Of a stretch of 64,000 bases of DNA, positions 47,068 to 61,080 are shown one piece after another. The stretch covers positions 1,550,001 through 1,614,000 of the forward strand of contig OX597828.1 in NCBI GenBank assembly GCA_951406725.2, in the 5' to 3' direction. Numbering within the stretch: the first letter of the stretch is position 1; each line of letters opens with the position of its first letter. This DNA comes from Octopus vulgaris. Lineage: Eukaryota. The notes under the pieces were generated by a model. It saw only the letters and a list, made by a program, of their open reading frames with translations, was not told the origin of the DNA and ran no database searches. A program made the translations under genes and the position numbers.

Positions 47068-49023
47068 TAACAGCAACAACTACAACAAAAATTATTGGAG
47101 CTATATTCAAGGAAGTCCAAAAATGAGGCAAGTTCGTTTTCGCCAGAGGGCGTTTCGAACTCGATTAATGAATTCAGTTATAACCCAGATAACTTTTGCA
47201 TCATACTACAGAGAGTACGAGGAGATTTTTAAGCAAGATTTCAAATCAAGGCCGAACGAACAAAAAGTGAGATTGCTATTGCGAAAATTAGCTCCATTAG
47301 AGCGTGAACGTTACTGTAATTTCATATTGCTCAAATAAACCCAATAAAATCTGCTTTAAAGAAACAATAGAATTAGTGTCTAACATATTCAGCGATAAAA
47401 ACTTTTCTATTTAACACCCGTATGGAGTGTTGGAATACAACGAAAATAGAGAATAAGGATTTTGTTACATACGCAGGAACAGTCAACAGGATGTGTGAAA
47501 GGTTTAAACTCAAAGAACTTACACCTGAGATGTTAAAATGTCTTATTTTCGTACAAGACCTTACAAGCAAGCGAAGATACAGAAATTCGCGCAAGAATTC
47601 TTTCTAAATTGGATCAAGTGAACCAAGATCTAACCTTACAGTCCGTGACAGAAGAATGTCAAAAGATAGAAAAGCTGAAACACGATGTAGAGAAAATTCA
47701 AGAAAAGGATTTCTCAAAAATCCAACCGGAAAAGTACTACAAAAAAAAAAAAAAAAAAAAAGAGTACCACGTCCTAATCTTGGATGTGGGGGCATAAAAA
47801 ATGTTACAGTTGCAAAAGAATTGGTTACAAGGGTTCACACTGCAGAACAAAATTACGAAGGTCAAACGTTAAAAATCCTAGAATGCTCTCAGCAGAAACA
47901 AAAATCGACTCCCAAATAAGAAAATTCGAACACGTATAAATAAATGGAATACATATTAAACTTCAATTGGATACTGGAAGTGATATCTCTATAATAAATA
48001 TGGACACATGGAAGAAAATAAGAAAACCTGTGTTGAAAAAAACAGCAAAATATGCTCGTAGCGTGACGGGCGACAAATTACCTTTCATAGGCGAAATGCG
48101 AACTGTCACATTTCGAGGGAAAACATGCAAGGCAAAAGTCTTCGTCGTTAAAAATGCAACCGATTTGTTTGGTACCGATTGGTTAGAATTGTTCAATTTA
48201 TGAGACCTCTCTATGAATCTCTATTGCAAAAACGAAAATTATTCGTCTGAAAATTTGGAGAGAAAATTTTTTAAAATGTTTCCGCAAGTACTCTCGGACA
48301 AACTAGGTCTATGGACAAAGACTGAAGCGTGTTTTGAATTAGATGATAACGTTACAATTGTGTTGAAGCCTAATAAGAAAGTGCCTTTTGCGGCAACAAA
48401 GCAAATGGACAATGAGTTGGACAGATTGGAAAAAAAACGGAATCATTGAAAAAGTAGATGACGCGAAATAGGAAGTTCCGAATGTATGGATAAAAAAGAA
48501 AAATAACAAAATTAGGTTGTCTACCGATTTTTCGACCAGTTTAAATGACTGTTTAAAAATGAACCACTATCCACTACCGACCCCAGAAAATATTTTTACA
48601 AAAGTAAACGGAAGAAAAATATTTTGAAAACTCTATCTGTCTGACGCATATCTACAAATAAAAGTAGATAAAAATGCTCAAAGATGTTAAAGGTCAAGAC
48701 GCACAGAGGTCTATACAAATACAATAGACTACCTTTTGGGCTGAAGGTAGTACCTGCAATATTTCATCTGGTGATAGACTGTCAATTTGCTATTCCTTTC
48801 CCTGATGACGAGTTAATCAAAAGCAAATCGCGGAATGAGCAGATCAACACGTGAAGTGTGTCGTTAAAATAAGTAAGGATTATGGTTTCACATTCAGTGA
48901 AGAGAAGTGTGAATATTTTTGCCTAAAATCAAATACATAGGTCAAATCGTAGATAAGAGTGGAAGAAGTCCTGACTCGTTGAGGGTAGAAGCAATGAAGA
49001 ATATGCTTCCGCCAACGAATATA

Positions 49024-50308
49024 CGAGGGACGTTCAATAAGTAATGCCTCTGACCCACTTGCAGTTGTTGGATCTAGCTGAAATTTTGCATGTGCAATCA
49101 TTTATATCTCTATAGAGTGAGTAAGTGGCAAATTACAGCTCTGAATTAATTGTGGTTTCTGATTTACAGGTGTTTGAACCGAGTCAAGTGTGAAATGGAG
49201 CCTGTTGAGTGTCGAGCAGTGATCCGGTTTTTGTATTTGAAAGGACGCACACCACGGGAGACTTTTGATGAAATGAAAGTAACTTATGGTGATGATGCCC
49301 CATCATATGACCTTGTAAAACGCTGGCATCGTGAATTCAAACATGGTCGGAACTCTGTGGAAACAGCTCCCAGATCTGGTCGCCCCTTCTGCCATTGATG
49401 AGGCATCTGTCCGTCAAGTTGAGGCTGCCATCTTGGAAGATCGACGCATAATTATTCGCCAAATAGCCCATGAGGTCAAGATTAGTACCGGGTCTGTGGA
49501 AACTATCATTCATGACCATTTGCATATGCAAAAGGTGTCTGCTAGATGGATTCCCAGGTTGCTCACGCCTTTCCAGAAGCAAGAACGCGTCGAGTGCTTG
49601 AGGGAGATATACCAAGAAGATGAGTCAAAATTTTTCAAAAGACTGATTACACAGGATGAAACCTGGGTCCATCATGATGATCCAGAGACCAAAGCCCAGT
49701 CAATGCAGTGGAAGCACCGTGACTCACCCCCTCCAAAGAAGGCAAGGGTGCAGCCCTCCGCTGGCAAGGTCATGCTCACAGTCTTCTGGGACCAGGACAG
49801 AGTAGTGATGACAGATTTCCTGGCAAAGGGTACCACAATTGCAGGAGCCTATTATGCTTCACTTTTGAGGAAATTAAGAGAAGTTATCAAAATCAAGAGG
49901 CGGGGCAAGATCAGCAAATACATCCTCCTCCTGCAGGACAACGCTCCGGTCCACAACTCGCGTGTCGCCAGATCAGAAGCACAGGCGTATGGCTATGAAT
50001 TCCTCCCCCATCCCCCTACTTTCCTGACCTTGCACCCTCTGATTTTCACCTGTTCCCAGTCATGAAGTTGTTTTTGAAAGGAAAGCGTTTCCCAGATGAT
50101 GCAGCCTTGATTTCTGAAGTCACGTTCAGGTTGGAGGACCAAGCTGGGGTCTTCTACAAAAACGGTCTCCAGAGCTGCATCAAACGATGGGAGAAATGCG
50201 TAACTCTGTGTGGTTCCTATGTAAAAAAAGACTAATAACTGTGCCAAGTTCCGTTGCTCTACTGCTATGGGAAGTGGGTCAGGGGCATTACTTATTGAAC
50301 GCCCTTCG
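49024..50308 (+). mobile_element. Full-length mariner DNA transposon with frameshifted transposase
   Basis: TA TSDs; TIRs cgagggacgttcaataagtaatgcc / ggcattacttattgaacgcccttcg; WIPRLL, TQDETW, LQDNAP; interrupts Gypsy pol at PPTNI|PTLQ. Confidence 0.95.
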
Positions 50309-51002
50309 TACCGACATTACAAACTTTCTTTGACCTTGGAGATTACTATCAACAGTGCATTCCAAATATATATATATAAATTGAGAGCACCATTAAACAA
50401 TTTACTAAAAAAAGGAAATAAAATGGAATAAAATATATTGGTCAGTAAAGTGCCAAAACGCATTTGAAGACATAAAGAAAATACTAGTTTCTACTTGTCA
50501 CTAGTGCATTTCGATCCTAGAATGGACATTGCTGTAGCGTCCGATGCGTCGGAGTATGGAATAGGAGAAGTCTTGCTACACGAGTATAAAGATGCAAATA
50601 GCAGCGGAAAAAATGTATAGTCACATAGAGGAGGCTCTATCGATTATTTTTGCAGTAAAAAAATTTCCCAAATTTCTACATGGTAGAAGCTTTTTGTTAA
50701 AAACTGACCATCGACCGTTACTATTAATTTTTGGATCAAAAAAGGGATTGTCTACCCATACAGCGAACCGACTACAATTTTAAGATGCAGTATATTCCGA
50801 CGAAGAAAATTGGTCATGTTTATCAAGGCTAATTCCCAAGAGCGTGATAGCGTCATTGCAGTCAGAAAATGAAGTAAGAAGTATTGTGTTTGATGTAATC
50901 TAGGAACTGCCGGTGACAGCGCATGATATAAAAATGAAATATGTAGAGGGTAGTTACATTACAAGACTGAAAAAAATTTGAAAAAATAAGCATAATAAAT
51001 AT

Positions 51003-51500
51003 ACGGTGGTCCGGATCACGAAGTTGAAATTGATGAAAATTTACTCTTCAAAAAGAAGAGCAACGTCGGCAAGATGGGCCATCAACCGTAGGTGGTCGGC
51101 TGTTATGACACCACTGTAAAGAAAGTTTTCTTACAGCGCATCCGAGACAGGAGCACAGCAACACTCGAAGCTGTGATAAGAAAGAATGTGTTGCCAGGCA
51201 CGGTCATTTATACAGATAAATGGGCCATCTACCACAATTTACATGATCTCAAATATGTTCACCGAACTGTAAACTATTCTAAAAACTTTGTGGATTCGGA
51301 CATCGGCGCCTGCACGAACCACACTGAGGCCTATTGGTCAAGGATAAAAAGACGAGATCAAGTACGTCAGTGGATCCTTGGGGGATATGAAATGGCCTCG
51401 TGTGGATGAATCTATGTGCAGAGAAATTTAGGACTTCACAACCAGAAATAAATTTCAAAATTTCGATAAATTTCTTAAACATATTGCCGAGATTCTTACT
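51003..51500 (+). mobile_element. Merlin (IS1595/ISXO2-like) transposase fragment
   Basis: VEIDEN, DRSTATLE, PGTVIYTDKW, HRTVNYS, TNHTEAYWS. Confidence 0.85.
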
Positions 51501-51518
51501 CCCTAAATCCAGCTACCT

Positions 51519-51711
51519 CTTAAATACAGATGTTCCGACGCTTCTACGTAACCCTAACCCTAAAAGCTAATCCTAAAACTAACCCTAACTAACTCCAACC
51601 CTAATCAACCCTAAAACTAACTGTAACCCTAACTAAATCTAATCCCAACGAGTGGGCACTGTAAAAACATCATATCGTTACGTAGATGCATCAGGACCTT
51701 TGTTTTTAAGT
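51519..51711. mobile_element. Small inverted-repeat element enclosing degenerate (AACCCT)n
   Basis: aaatacagatgttccgacgcttctacgtaac vs gttacgtagatgcatcaggacctttgtttt. Confidence 0.5.
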
Positions 51712-52207
51712 AGTGTCTAAATTCCAACGGCACACAGGAAGTGTTAAACCAGCTTGCTCCGGAATTTCGATACATTGCTAAAACATATCGCCGAGGTTTA
51801 TCCCTCGAAAATACTGCGCCTCACTTCACGAGGCATTAAACCACTCGGTCGTAAAAAAAAACAAAAAAAAAAAAAAAAACCCAACACTTTAGTTTCAATT
51901 TGTGTCACAGTATACCTCATTTTACCCAGGGAAATTTCTCTGAAAGGCATCTTTGCCGAAAGATGAGTAGACTGATTACATATTTCTTTCATTATCTTAT
52001 CGCAAATATCCATTTTTTGTGAAAGTTATGAGGAAACAAAGTCGAGGAGGAACACTTGAGTAAGAATGCGTACAAAGTATGTACGTGTGTGCCAAACAGG
52101 TTGTCGGAGATTTTATTAATGTGTGGTGAGAGATGAGGTGAAATTGAAATTAAAAACATTTTTTGTATAACTCGACACCATTCAATACCCTTGGCAAAAA
52201 TCGGCAT

Positions 52208-52533
52208 TTCAAAATTTCAATTTTACACCCATCTCACCCCACCCAATTTCTTCATGTTTCACGCTTTTCAAAATTTTTATGAGGTGAAATACCTCTTTTG
52301 GATTACTGTTTTCGCTATCGGAATTCACGATTTCGCAAAAACAGGAAATACCTTTTAATTTCAATTTCAATAAAGGGTCACGTGAAAAGACTGCTTGAAG
52401 GGCTATGTAATGCGCGAGTTGGAAAAGCCCTACACATGCGCAATGACCGAAAGGTTTTAAAAACATCCTGTACATACTGTACATTGGCGAGGGGTGGGGT
52501 GAGGGATTTTTTTCTTAAATTGAAATTTTAAAA
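52208..52533. mobile_element. MITE-like element with about 40-bp imperfect inverted ends
   Basis: ttcaaaatttcaattt..ctcaccccaccc / ggggtggggtgag..aaattgaaattttaa. Confidence 0.5.
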
Positions 52534-52629
52534 CATTTTTTTTCCAGGTTCATAATCTCCGTATTTTTCCACATATTTCGCACACCTGTTCACCGTCATG
52601 GAAGCGCTGGAGATATAATCTTAGCGCAT

Positions 52630-53465
52630 GCATGCACATAATCAACCACGGTACGCCCAGTTCACCACGCAACGGATGTTGACAGTAGACAGAAAGTCTA
52701 GAATTCGTCCCTTTCACAAGAAGCGAAAGTGTATACGCTCCAGTGCAATGAGACAGGGATCGGGACAGGGTACTATTGTAGATGGCAGACGCGATGTACG
52801 TATTAGCCACCCCCGCCCGACCTTTCAGAGATAGTTTCTCTCGGACTATTTCTGGGTGAGAGTAGTCTTCTTGCTCGTTACCCAGTCCCAGTTTTTGTCT
52901 ATCAGGAGGTCCGAACCGAACCAGGCCCTGAGCAATTTAACCGGTCCGTCCGTCGAACGCCCAACAACGCAGTTGGACTGCGTGGACATTCTTCTCCAGG
53001 TGCTGAGCCCACTAACTATTCCTGGTTAATTTTCGCTCCTGATACCACCTCGTAGTCCCTGAGAATGGTGCCACTGTGTTTATTTTTCGATACCACCAGG
53101 GTGACGTTGTCGGCATATGCTGACACAGATCTCCCACAACGTAGGTCACGCGGGTGGGCCCATCAACATTTCCAGCTTCTGTAGCTGTAGTTCGAGAATC
53201 AGTAGGTACAACAGAGACGAGAGGGGTAACAGTGGTGGGCCAAGCGCATGATGTTGAATGGTTCCCAGATCACTCTGACCACTGAACAGATGCCACTGTG
53301 CATTGCAATGATCCGTCCTCTGGATACAGGCCCGGAACCGGCTGCCTTCAGGACCACCGTCAGGTACAGACGGCCAACCATATCGAAATATTTGAGTTGA
53401 TGTAAATTGATTAGGAACCACCTGTGCCAGGTTCTTCAGCCACCTTCTTTATCATGTATGACATA
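52630..53465 (-). mobile_element. Tx1/L1-clade ORF2 fragment, internally deleted
   Basis: Reverse-complement similarity to 36500-36850 (SSLLYLLILE, SAYADNV, PVKLLRAWFG). Confidence 0.75.
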
Positions 53466-53924
53466 TGGTTGAGTTGTTAGAGTAGAATCTCTTCTACATG
53501 TGTCATATATATTGCAACTTACCTAAAATGATAGGTCTTAGCTACTCCCAAACAGGCAATACTGTTAGATATATAACAACAACAGATAAATACCTCCTAG
53601 TCATTATGCTGTGTAAAACTTTCGGACACGCAGTTTGGAAGATGTTCCAGTTGATATTTATATCAACTGGAAAATTATTGGAAAAGAATACGTATATTAT
53701 GGAGTTACTTGGATTAAACAAAATAAATAATGGGAAAAAGCTTCAAATTGCTATCCAATTTTTTTTTCATTTCTGCCAAAGAAATTTTATCATATTTTCG
53801 GAGTTTATTTTAGCTAAAAACAAACGAATTGAATGTATTTTACGAAAATATAGTCAGTAAGAAAACATACAAGAAAGATAATTCTATTTTATTTTTTAGA
53901 GTTAATTCCCTTGTCATTATTTTA

Positions 53925-54125
53925 AGGCGGCGAGCTGGCAGAATCGTTAGTATGCCAACCAATATGCTTAGAGGCATTTCGCCCGTCTTTATGTTCTGAG
54001 TTCAAATTTCGGCGAGGTCGACTTCGCCTTTCATCCTTTTGGGGTCGATAAATCAGGTACCAGTGAGACACTGGGGTCGATGTACCCGATTTGTTCCCTA
54101 CCCACAAATTTCAGGCCTTGTAGCT
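53925..54125 (+). mobile_element. SINE family 2, near complete
   Basis: ggcggcgagctggcagaatcgttag (A-box like) ... gagttcaaatt (B-box like) ... tttcaggccttgt. Confidence 0.85.
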
Positions 54126-54852
54126 TTAGCCGAATGCTGCACTAATTCCCTTTTTATTATAAAATCCCGTCCTTCGAACTGTAGACCAATAAGCACCTCC
54201 ACCAATTCTATTGAAATGTTTCTGCAGAAGTCATAAGTTCTCTTCGAGCCTTGTCTTCCTTAAGGGATAATTTCTGTCTCTTACTCTTTTTTGTTTTTCC
54301 GCACCATTATATTACATCTACTAAAATTCGTTGTGTCCCTTAGATGTTCGTTGTAATGCGATTCACTCTATTATGAATGCTTTGGTTTTACTTTAGTGTT
54401 TAAATACGAAGGGGTACCCAAAAGAAACCGGAATTTTAAAATAGTTTATTCACCCAGTTTTACAGGTTTACACTTTTTCGCATTCAAAGTATTCTCTGTT
54501 TGACGCAATGCATCGGATTGGAGGCGTTTTCCACTGTCCGAAGCAGTGCTGGAATTCTTGCAAAGTGATGCCTTTCAACGCCTACGTCGTTTTTTTCTTC
54601 ACCTCTTCAACATCTGCAAATTCCGTAGCACCAGCTTTCATCATCAGTGATGACTTTCAACAGAAGGTGCAGTTCAATTTCCAACTGTTCTTTCGGTTTA
54701 CGATACGCATTTATCTGTGACTGCTTTTGATCTTCCGTGGGCAACTTTTGTCATTCGCAATTCCTCGTTCAAAATTCGTTGGAAGGAGCTCCAGGACATA
54801 CCAGTCATATCAAAGAGTTCGTCAATTGTTCGGTGATGGTCCTCCAAGATTA

Positions 54853-55040
54853 TTCTTTTACTTGTTTCAGTCATTTGACTGTGGCCTTGCTGGAGCACCG
54901 CCTTTAGTCGAGCAAATCGACACCAGGACTTATTCTTTGTAAACCTAGTACTTATTCTATCGGTCTCTTTTGCTGAACAGCTAAGTTACGGGGACGTGAA
55001 TACACCAGCATCGGGGACAAACACATACATACACATACAT
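54853..55040 (-). mobile_element. SINE family 1 tail half (head half at 56595-56743)
   Basis: Matches 56015-56200. Confidence 0.8.
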
Positions 55041-55044
55041 ACAA

Positions 55045-55980
<936 letters not shown>

Positions 55981-56002
55981 CATATATTTTTTTAAATATA
56001 TA

Positions 56003-56411
56003 TTACTCTCTTTTTACTCTTTTACTTGTTTCAGTCATTTGACTGCGGCCATGCTGGAGCACCGCCTTTTGTCGAGCAAATCGACCCCGGGACTTATTCT
56101 TTGTAAGCCTAGTACTTATTCTATCGGTCTCTTTTGCCGAACTGCTAAGTGACGGGGACGTAAACACACCAGCATCGGTTGTCAAGCAATGCTAGGGAGA
56201 CAAATACAGACACACAAACACACACGCATATACATATACATATATACGACAGGCTTCTTTCAGTTTCCGTCTACCAAATCCACTCACAAGGCATTGGTCG
56301 GCCCGGGGCTATAGCAGAAGACACTTGCCCAAGATGCCACGCAGTGGGACTGAACCCGGAACCATGTGGCTGGTTAGCAAGCTACTTACCACACAGCCAC
56401 TCCTGCGCCTA
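56003..56411 (-). mobile_element. SINE family 1, complete
   Basis: tRNA-like head (TGGCTGTGTGG A-box, GGTTCAGTCCC B-box on minus) and LINE-like 3' tail. Confidence 0.9.
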
Positions 56412-56594
56412 TATTATTATTATTAATATAAGGAAATCAATATTGAACTCATCATAAAGATATACCCGTGTGAAAGACCTTATTGTATTAAAAATATATA
56501 TAAATAAATAAATATAAATATAATGTATATGACAAATTCGATAGTTTAAAAGTTTTTAATTAATTTTTTAAGCATCTTACGATCGTTTCATATA

Positions 56595-56743
56595 TACGAC
56601 GGGCTTCTTTCAGTTTCCGCCTACCAAATCCACTCACAAGGCTTTGGTCGGCCCGATGCTATAGTGGTGCCACGCAGAGGGACAGAACCCGGAACCATGT
56701 GGTTGGTAAGCAAGCTACTAACCACACAGCCACTCCTACGCCT
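56595..56743 (-). mobile_element. SINE family 1 head half
   Basis: Matches 56245-56411. Confidence 0.8.
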
Positions 56744-57666
56744 ATTAGTTCATGAATATTCCTGATATTTTCATTCGTTCGGGAGGTCGACGGTCGCTCT
56801 GTCTTCAAGCGATAAGTGACCATTTCTAAAGCGTGGAAACTACTCGTAAACCTGTGTTTTGCTCATGTCAGCATCTTTGTAAGCTGCTTGAAGCATGACA
56901 GCTGTTTCAGCCGCCGGTTTATCCAGTAGAAAACAGAATTTCACAGAAACACGCCGTTCCTTCGTTTCAGCCATCGAAAAAAAAAAAATCAACGAATTGG
57001 GGAGAGGCACTACAAAACAAAGATGCAGCACGTAGCAGTGCGACATCACAAGATGACACCATTCGACTGACTGATGCCTGGGGGTCGCATCAAGTGGCTT
57101 CCAGCGGCGAAAGTCTGAACTACAACGGGCTTGTCCCACAGAGAATACTTCCTGTTACTTTTGGATACCTCCTCGTAAACTTGTTTTATGAAGTGTTTGC
57201 TTTTCTTTTCCTATTTTTCTAATTGATCTTTAAATTATTGGGAAAGATAGTATTTTGTTGATTGCGGCTCGATGGTGTTTACTGCTAGTCGGTGCTGCCG
57301 TTCTTAGAAGCAGAAACTATGTAACGTTCAGTTAATCATTTTTATTTGAAGAGCCGTTCTCATGTCATCTGCAATTGTAGCCATTCTTATGTTATTTGCA
57401 ATACATTAGTAAAATTGTTTGGGGTGGCATTCCAGAGAATGAAACAGAAAAGGGATAAGGAAAAAACGGTCTCGTCGTCTAGTGTAGCTTGTTTCTTCAA
57501 AAAAATAAAATAAAAAACGCTCAATCATGTTGCAAGTTTAATGACTAGTTGTGTGGAACTATTTCCTTGATATATATATAGGCTCGAAATGTAAAACACT
57601 TTCTCTTCTTCTCGAGCGTCAAACTAATACAGCTGCTTGTTGTTTTTCTGTAAATTTCAACTATAT

Positions 57667-58078
57667 TCTCTTTTACTCTTTTACTTGTTTCAGTCATTTG
57701 ACTGCGGCCATGCTGGAGCACCACCTTTTAGTTGAGCAAATCGACCCCGGGACTTATTCTTTGTAAGCCTAGTACTTATTCTATCGGTCTCTTTTTGCCG
57801 AACCGCTAAGTGACGGGGACATAAACACACCAGCATCGGTTGTCAAGCAATGCTAGGGGGACAAACACAGGCACACAAACACATACACATACACACACAT
57901 ATAAATACATATATACGACAGGCTTCTTTCAGTTTCCGTCTACCAAATCCACTTACAAGGCATTGGTCGGCCCGAGGCTATAGCAGAAGACACTTGCTCA
58001 AGATGCCACGCAGTGGGACTGAACCCGGAACCATGTGGTTGGTAAGCAAGCTACTTACCACACAGCCACTCCTGCGCC

Positions 58079-58080
<2 letters not shown>
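57667..58080 (-). mobile_element. SINE family 1, complete
   Basis: Near-identical to 56003-56411. Confidence 0.9.
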
Positions 58081-58104
<24 letters not shown>

Positions 58105-58109
<5 letters not shown>

Positions 58110-58790
58110 CTTTTTTTTTTCTAGTTTCAGCTCAGAGCTGCGGCCATGCTGATGCACCGCCGTTTTGTGCTACACTGTTATTACGACGAACCTCGTCTAA
58201 TATGTGGCACTTGGTGAAGAATGGAGTTTGATACAGCTACTCTCATTTGCACCTCTTGCCGTGAGGTAGGTTCATCTGGGACTCTTGAAAGGAAGATGTC
58301 CAGCTTTGATTTAAAAACCGCTACATCTACTTTGTGCAAGTTCCTCAGAGTCTTTGGGAGAATATTAAAAAGCTGTGGGCCCTTGAAGCCCAGGCTGTTG
58401 CAGAAGCTGGTCCTGAAGCGTGATAGCATTGCTGGGACCTTTGGCACTATGCAGTGTCGTCCCGTTCTAGCATTGGTGTAGCTTACAATGCCAGAATTTG
58501 GCACAATTCCTTCCAGGATCTTCCAGAAATATTACTGCATACCTCTCCCGTCTTCTCTCCAGGGAGTAGAGTCTTAGCTGTTTCAACCTTTCCCAGTAGC
58601 TGAGCTGTTGCAAAGAGACGATCTTCTTTGTGAATCTCCTCTGGATTGCTTCAAGGTCCGCTGTTAATTTTACACTGGTGGGTGACCATAGCTGTGAGCA
58701 GTAATCCAGGCGGCTGAGGACGAATGTCCGCCAGAGGACCATCATGGTTTCCTTATCTCTGGTTCTGAATGTTCTTAGGATACATCTTAG
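58105..58790 (-). mobile_element. CR1/L2-group LINE 3' fragment
   Basis: [41 protein letters not shown]; 3' tail at 58105-58162. Confidence 0.88.
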
Positions 58791-58875
<85 letters not shown>

Positions 58876-58878
<3 letters not shown>

Positions 58879-60055
58879 AAACTGCGTAATCTTGGCATAG
58901 TTGGAAAACTGGGAGAATGGCTTCATGACTTTCTGAAGGATAGAAGTCAGGTGGTCCGCAGGGCACTGTTTTGGGACCACTACTGTTCATAATGGCCCTC
59001 TCAGACATGCCCTCAGCCACGCAGATAGCCACGATCACAAGTTATGCAGATGATACAAAAGTTTCACAGGCAATACAGAACCCTGAAGACACTAAACACT
59101 TGCAATGTGAGCTGGACAAAATATACAAGTGGGCTGAAAAGAATAGCATGCAGTTCAATGCTGAAAAGTTTCAAGCTTTATGCTATCAGCATGCAAAACT
59201 AAATGCAATACCCAATGAATACACTGGACCCGGAGGGATTGCAATCCCAGAGGCACAATCAGTGCGTGACCTGGGTATTTACATGAGTGATGACGCAACC
59301 TTTCATGTACATGTTGCTAAATTGGCAATGAAATGTAGACGACTGGCCGGATGGATTCTTAGAACCTTTAGAACAAGAGAACAAGAAACCATGATGGTCC
59401 TCTGGAGGACACTTGTCCTAAGCCACTTTGACTATTGCTCTCAGCTATGGTCACCATCCAGTGTCAAGTTGATCACAGAACTTGAGGCGATCCAACGAAG
59501 CTACACGAAGAAGATAGCCTCTCTGCAGCATATAAGCTACTGGGAAAGACTCAAGAGATTAAAACTCTATTCCTTGGAGCGTAGGCGAGAAAGATATGCC
59601 ATAATATACATCTGGAAGATCCTGGAAGGACTTGTCCCAAACTTTGGCATCGACTGTCACACAAATGCCAGAACTGGGCGCCACTGCGTAGTACCAAGGA
59701 CTCCAAATTTGCCATCAAGATGTAGGACAAGATATTGTGATAGCCTGGGCTTCAGAGGCCCACAGCTCTTCAATATCCCCCCCGAAGAACCTGAGGGACC
59801 TGCATGGGGTGGATGCGGATGTCTTTAAAGTAGGACTGGATCTCTTCCTGTCAGGTGTCCCGGATGAACCAACTTCACGGCAGGAGGTGCAGATGAGGGC
59901 AGCTGCATCGAACTCTCTCATGCACCAAATGGCAGTTGCTAAAAAGCATTCGTGAAGTAAAATGATGTAGCAACACCAAATGGCGGTGCCCCAGCATGGC
60001 CACAGCTCGTGAGCTGAAACTAGATAAAATAAAAAAATAAAATAAAATAAAATAA
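58876..60055 (+). mobile_element. CR1/L2-group LINE, 5'-truncated, young
   Basis: [35 protein letters not shown]; tail ggcggtgccccagcatggccacagctcgtgagctgaaac then (AAAAT)n. Confidence 0.9.
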
Positions 60056-60067
60056 TATATATATATG

Positions 60068-60198
<131 letters not shown>

Positions 60199-60402
60199 AA
60201 GTAGATAAATGAATTATCTTATTACGGATAATTCAAATGATAACCGATACCTGGGTAGCAAAAATCACAACAGAAAAAGCACGGTTGAGGTTACGACCAT
60301 GGGGCCTAAAATCCGTGCCTTAGTGCGGAAATTTGAAGTTTTATATATTTAGTGTAGGAAGAAATGGAGCTGAACGAAGATTTAACAAAATTCCTTTTTA
60401 TT

Positions 60403-60488
60403 ATTTTCTACATATGTTTCAAAGGCTGCAAAGTCCCTAATTCGGATTGAATAAGGAGTCCACTTTGCAGCCTTCTCTTCAGGAAAAT
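60403..60488 (-). ncRNA. Type I hammerhead ribozyme in Penelope pLTR
   Basis: attttc-CTGAAGA-gaaggctgcaaagt...actttgcagccttt-GAAAC-atat-GTA-gaaaat; 14-bp basal stem II. Confidence 0.9.
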
Positions 60489-61080
60489 CCAGGAACTTAA
60501 TTCTCCAACAAAATGCACAGCAAGCTTTTCGACAAAACGCTCACGAGGAGCCCATGGAATAAATGGCACAAACTGTCTATCTATATGCGTTGACGCCAGG
60601 CTGGGTGAAAGCAGACGAGAAGGTTCGTTGAGATAATTCAAGGTCAAAATCCGGTTAGCAGAAGGGGAGTACAGGAAAATCAAAGAGTGTGAATGTATTC
60701 TGTATGACTGGTGTTAATATTTGAATTATTTTAAGAATGAGTGCTAGAGCATTTGAGTGTGAGAAATTGCTTTCATGTATGTGTGTGTGCGTCTATGTAT
60801 GTGTGGCAGTGTGTTTCGAAGGCAGCAAGAGAGAGATATAGCAGGTATTAATGGTCAAGCAACAGAAAAGACTGTGTCTGTGTGTTCGTCTGTAACCACT
60901 TGATAGAGAGAGGGAGTGTCCACAATGGTCATGGCAGGATACAGTGCTGCTGTCAGGGATGTCAGCAGTTCTAGACAACTAGCAGTTCTTATACTAACAG
61001 GGGAGTGATATCCCCTTACAAATTTAATTCAAATTTTTTTCAATTTTCTTAGGAAATCAAGGGGTTAACTATATTAGACT

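Larger units (their letters stand above)
45342..50980 (+). mobile_element. Degenerate Gypsy/Ty3 LTR retrotransposon (5' LTR about 45342-45578, PBS 45581, gag-PR-RT-RNaseH) with nested insertions
   Basis: TG...aataaaCA then TGGTGACGA; gag ATG 46048; LDTGSDISI protease; LSDAYLQ, YNRLPFG RT; VASDAS, TDHRPL RNaseH; no integrase or 3' LTR seen. Confidence 0.85.

Noticed and set aside
51550-51647. True telomere or chromosome fusion site
   Set aside because: Short, degenerate and enclosed in transposon-like inverted repeats.
56330-56411. tRNA gene
   Set aside because: tRNA-like A/B boxes belong to a SINE head; no complete cloverleaf.
58105-60055. Twin-priming inversion of a single LINE
   Set aside because: Both arms contain the same 3' region and are clearly diverged, so they are two insertions.
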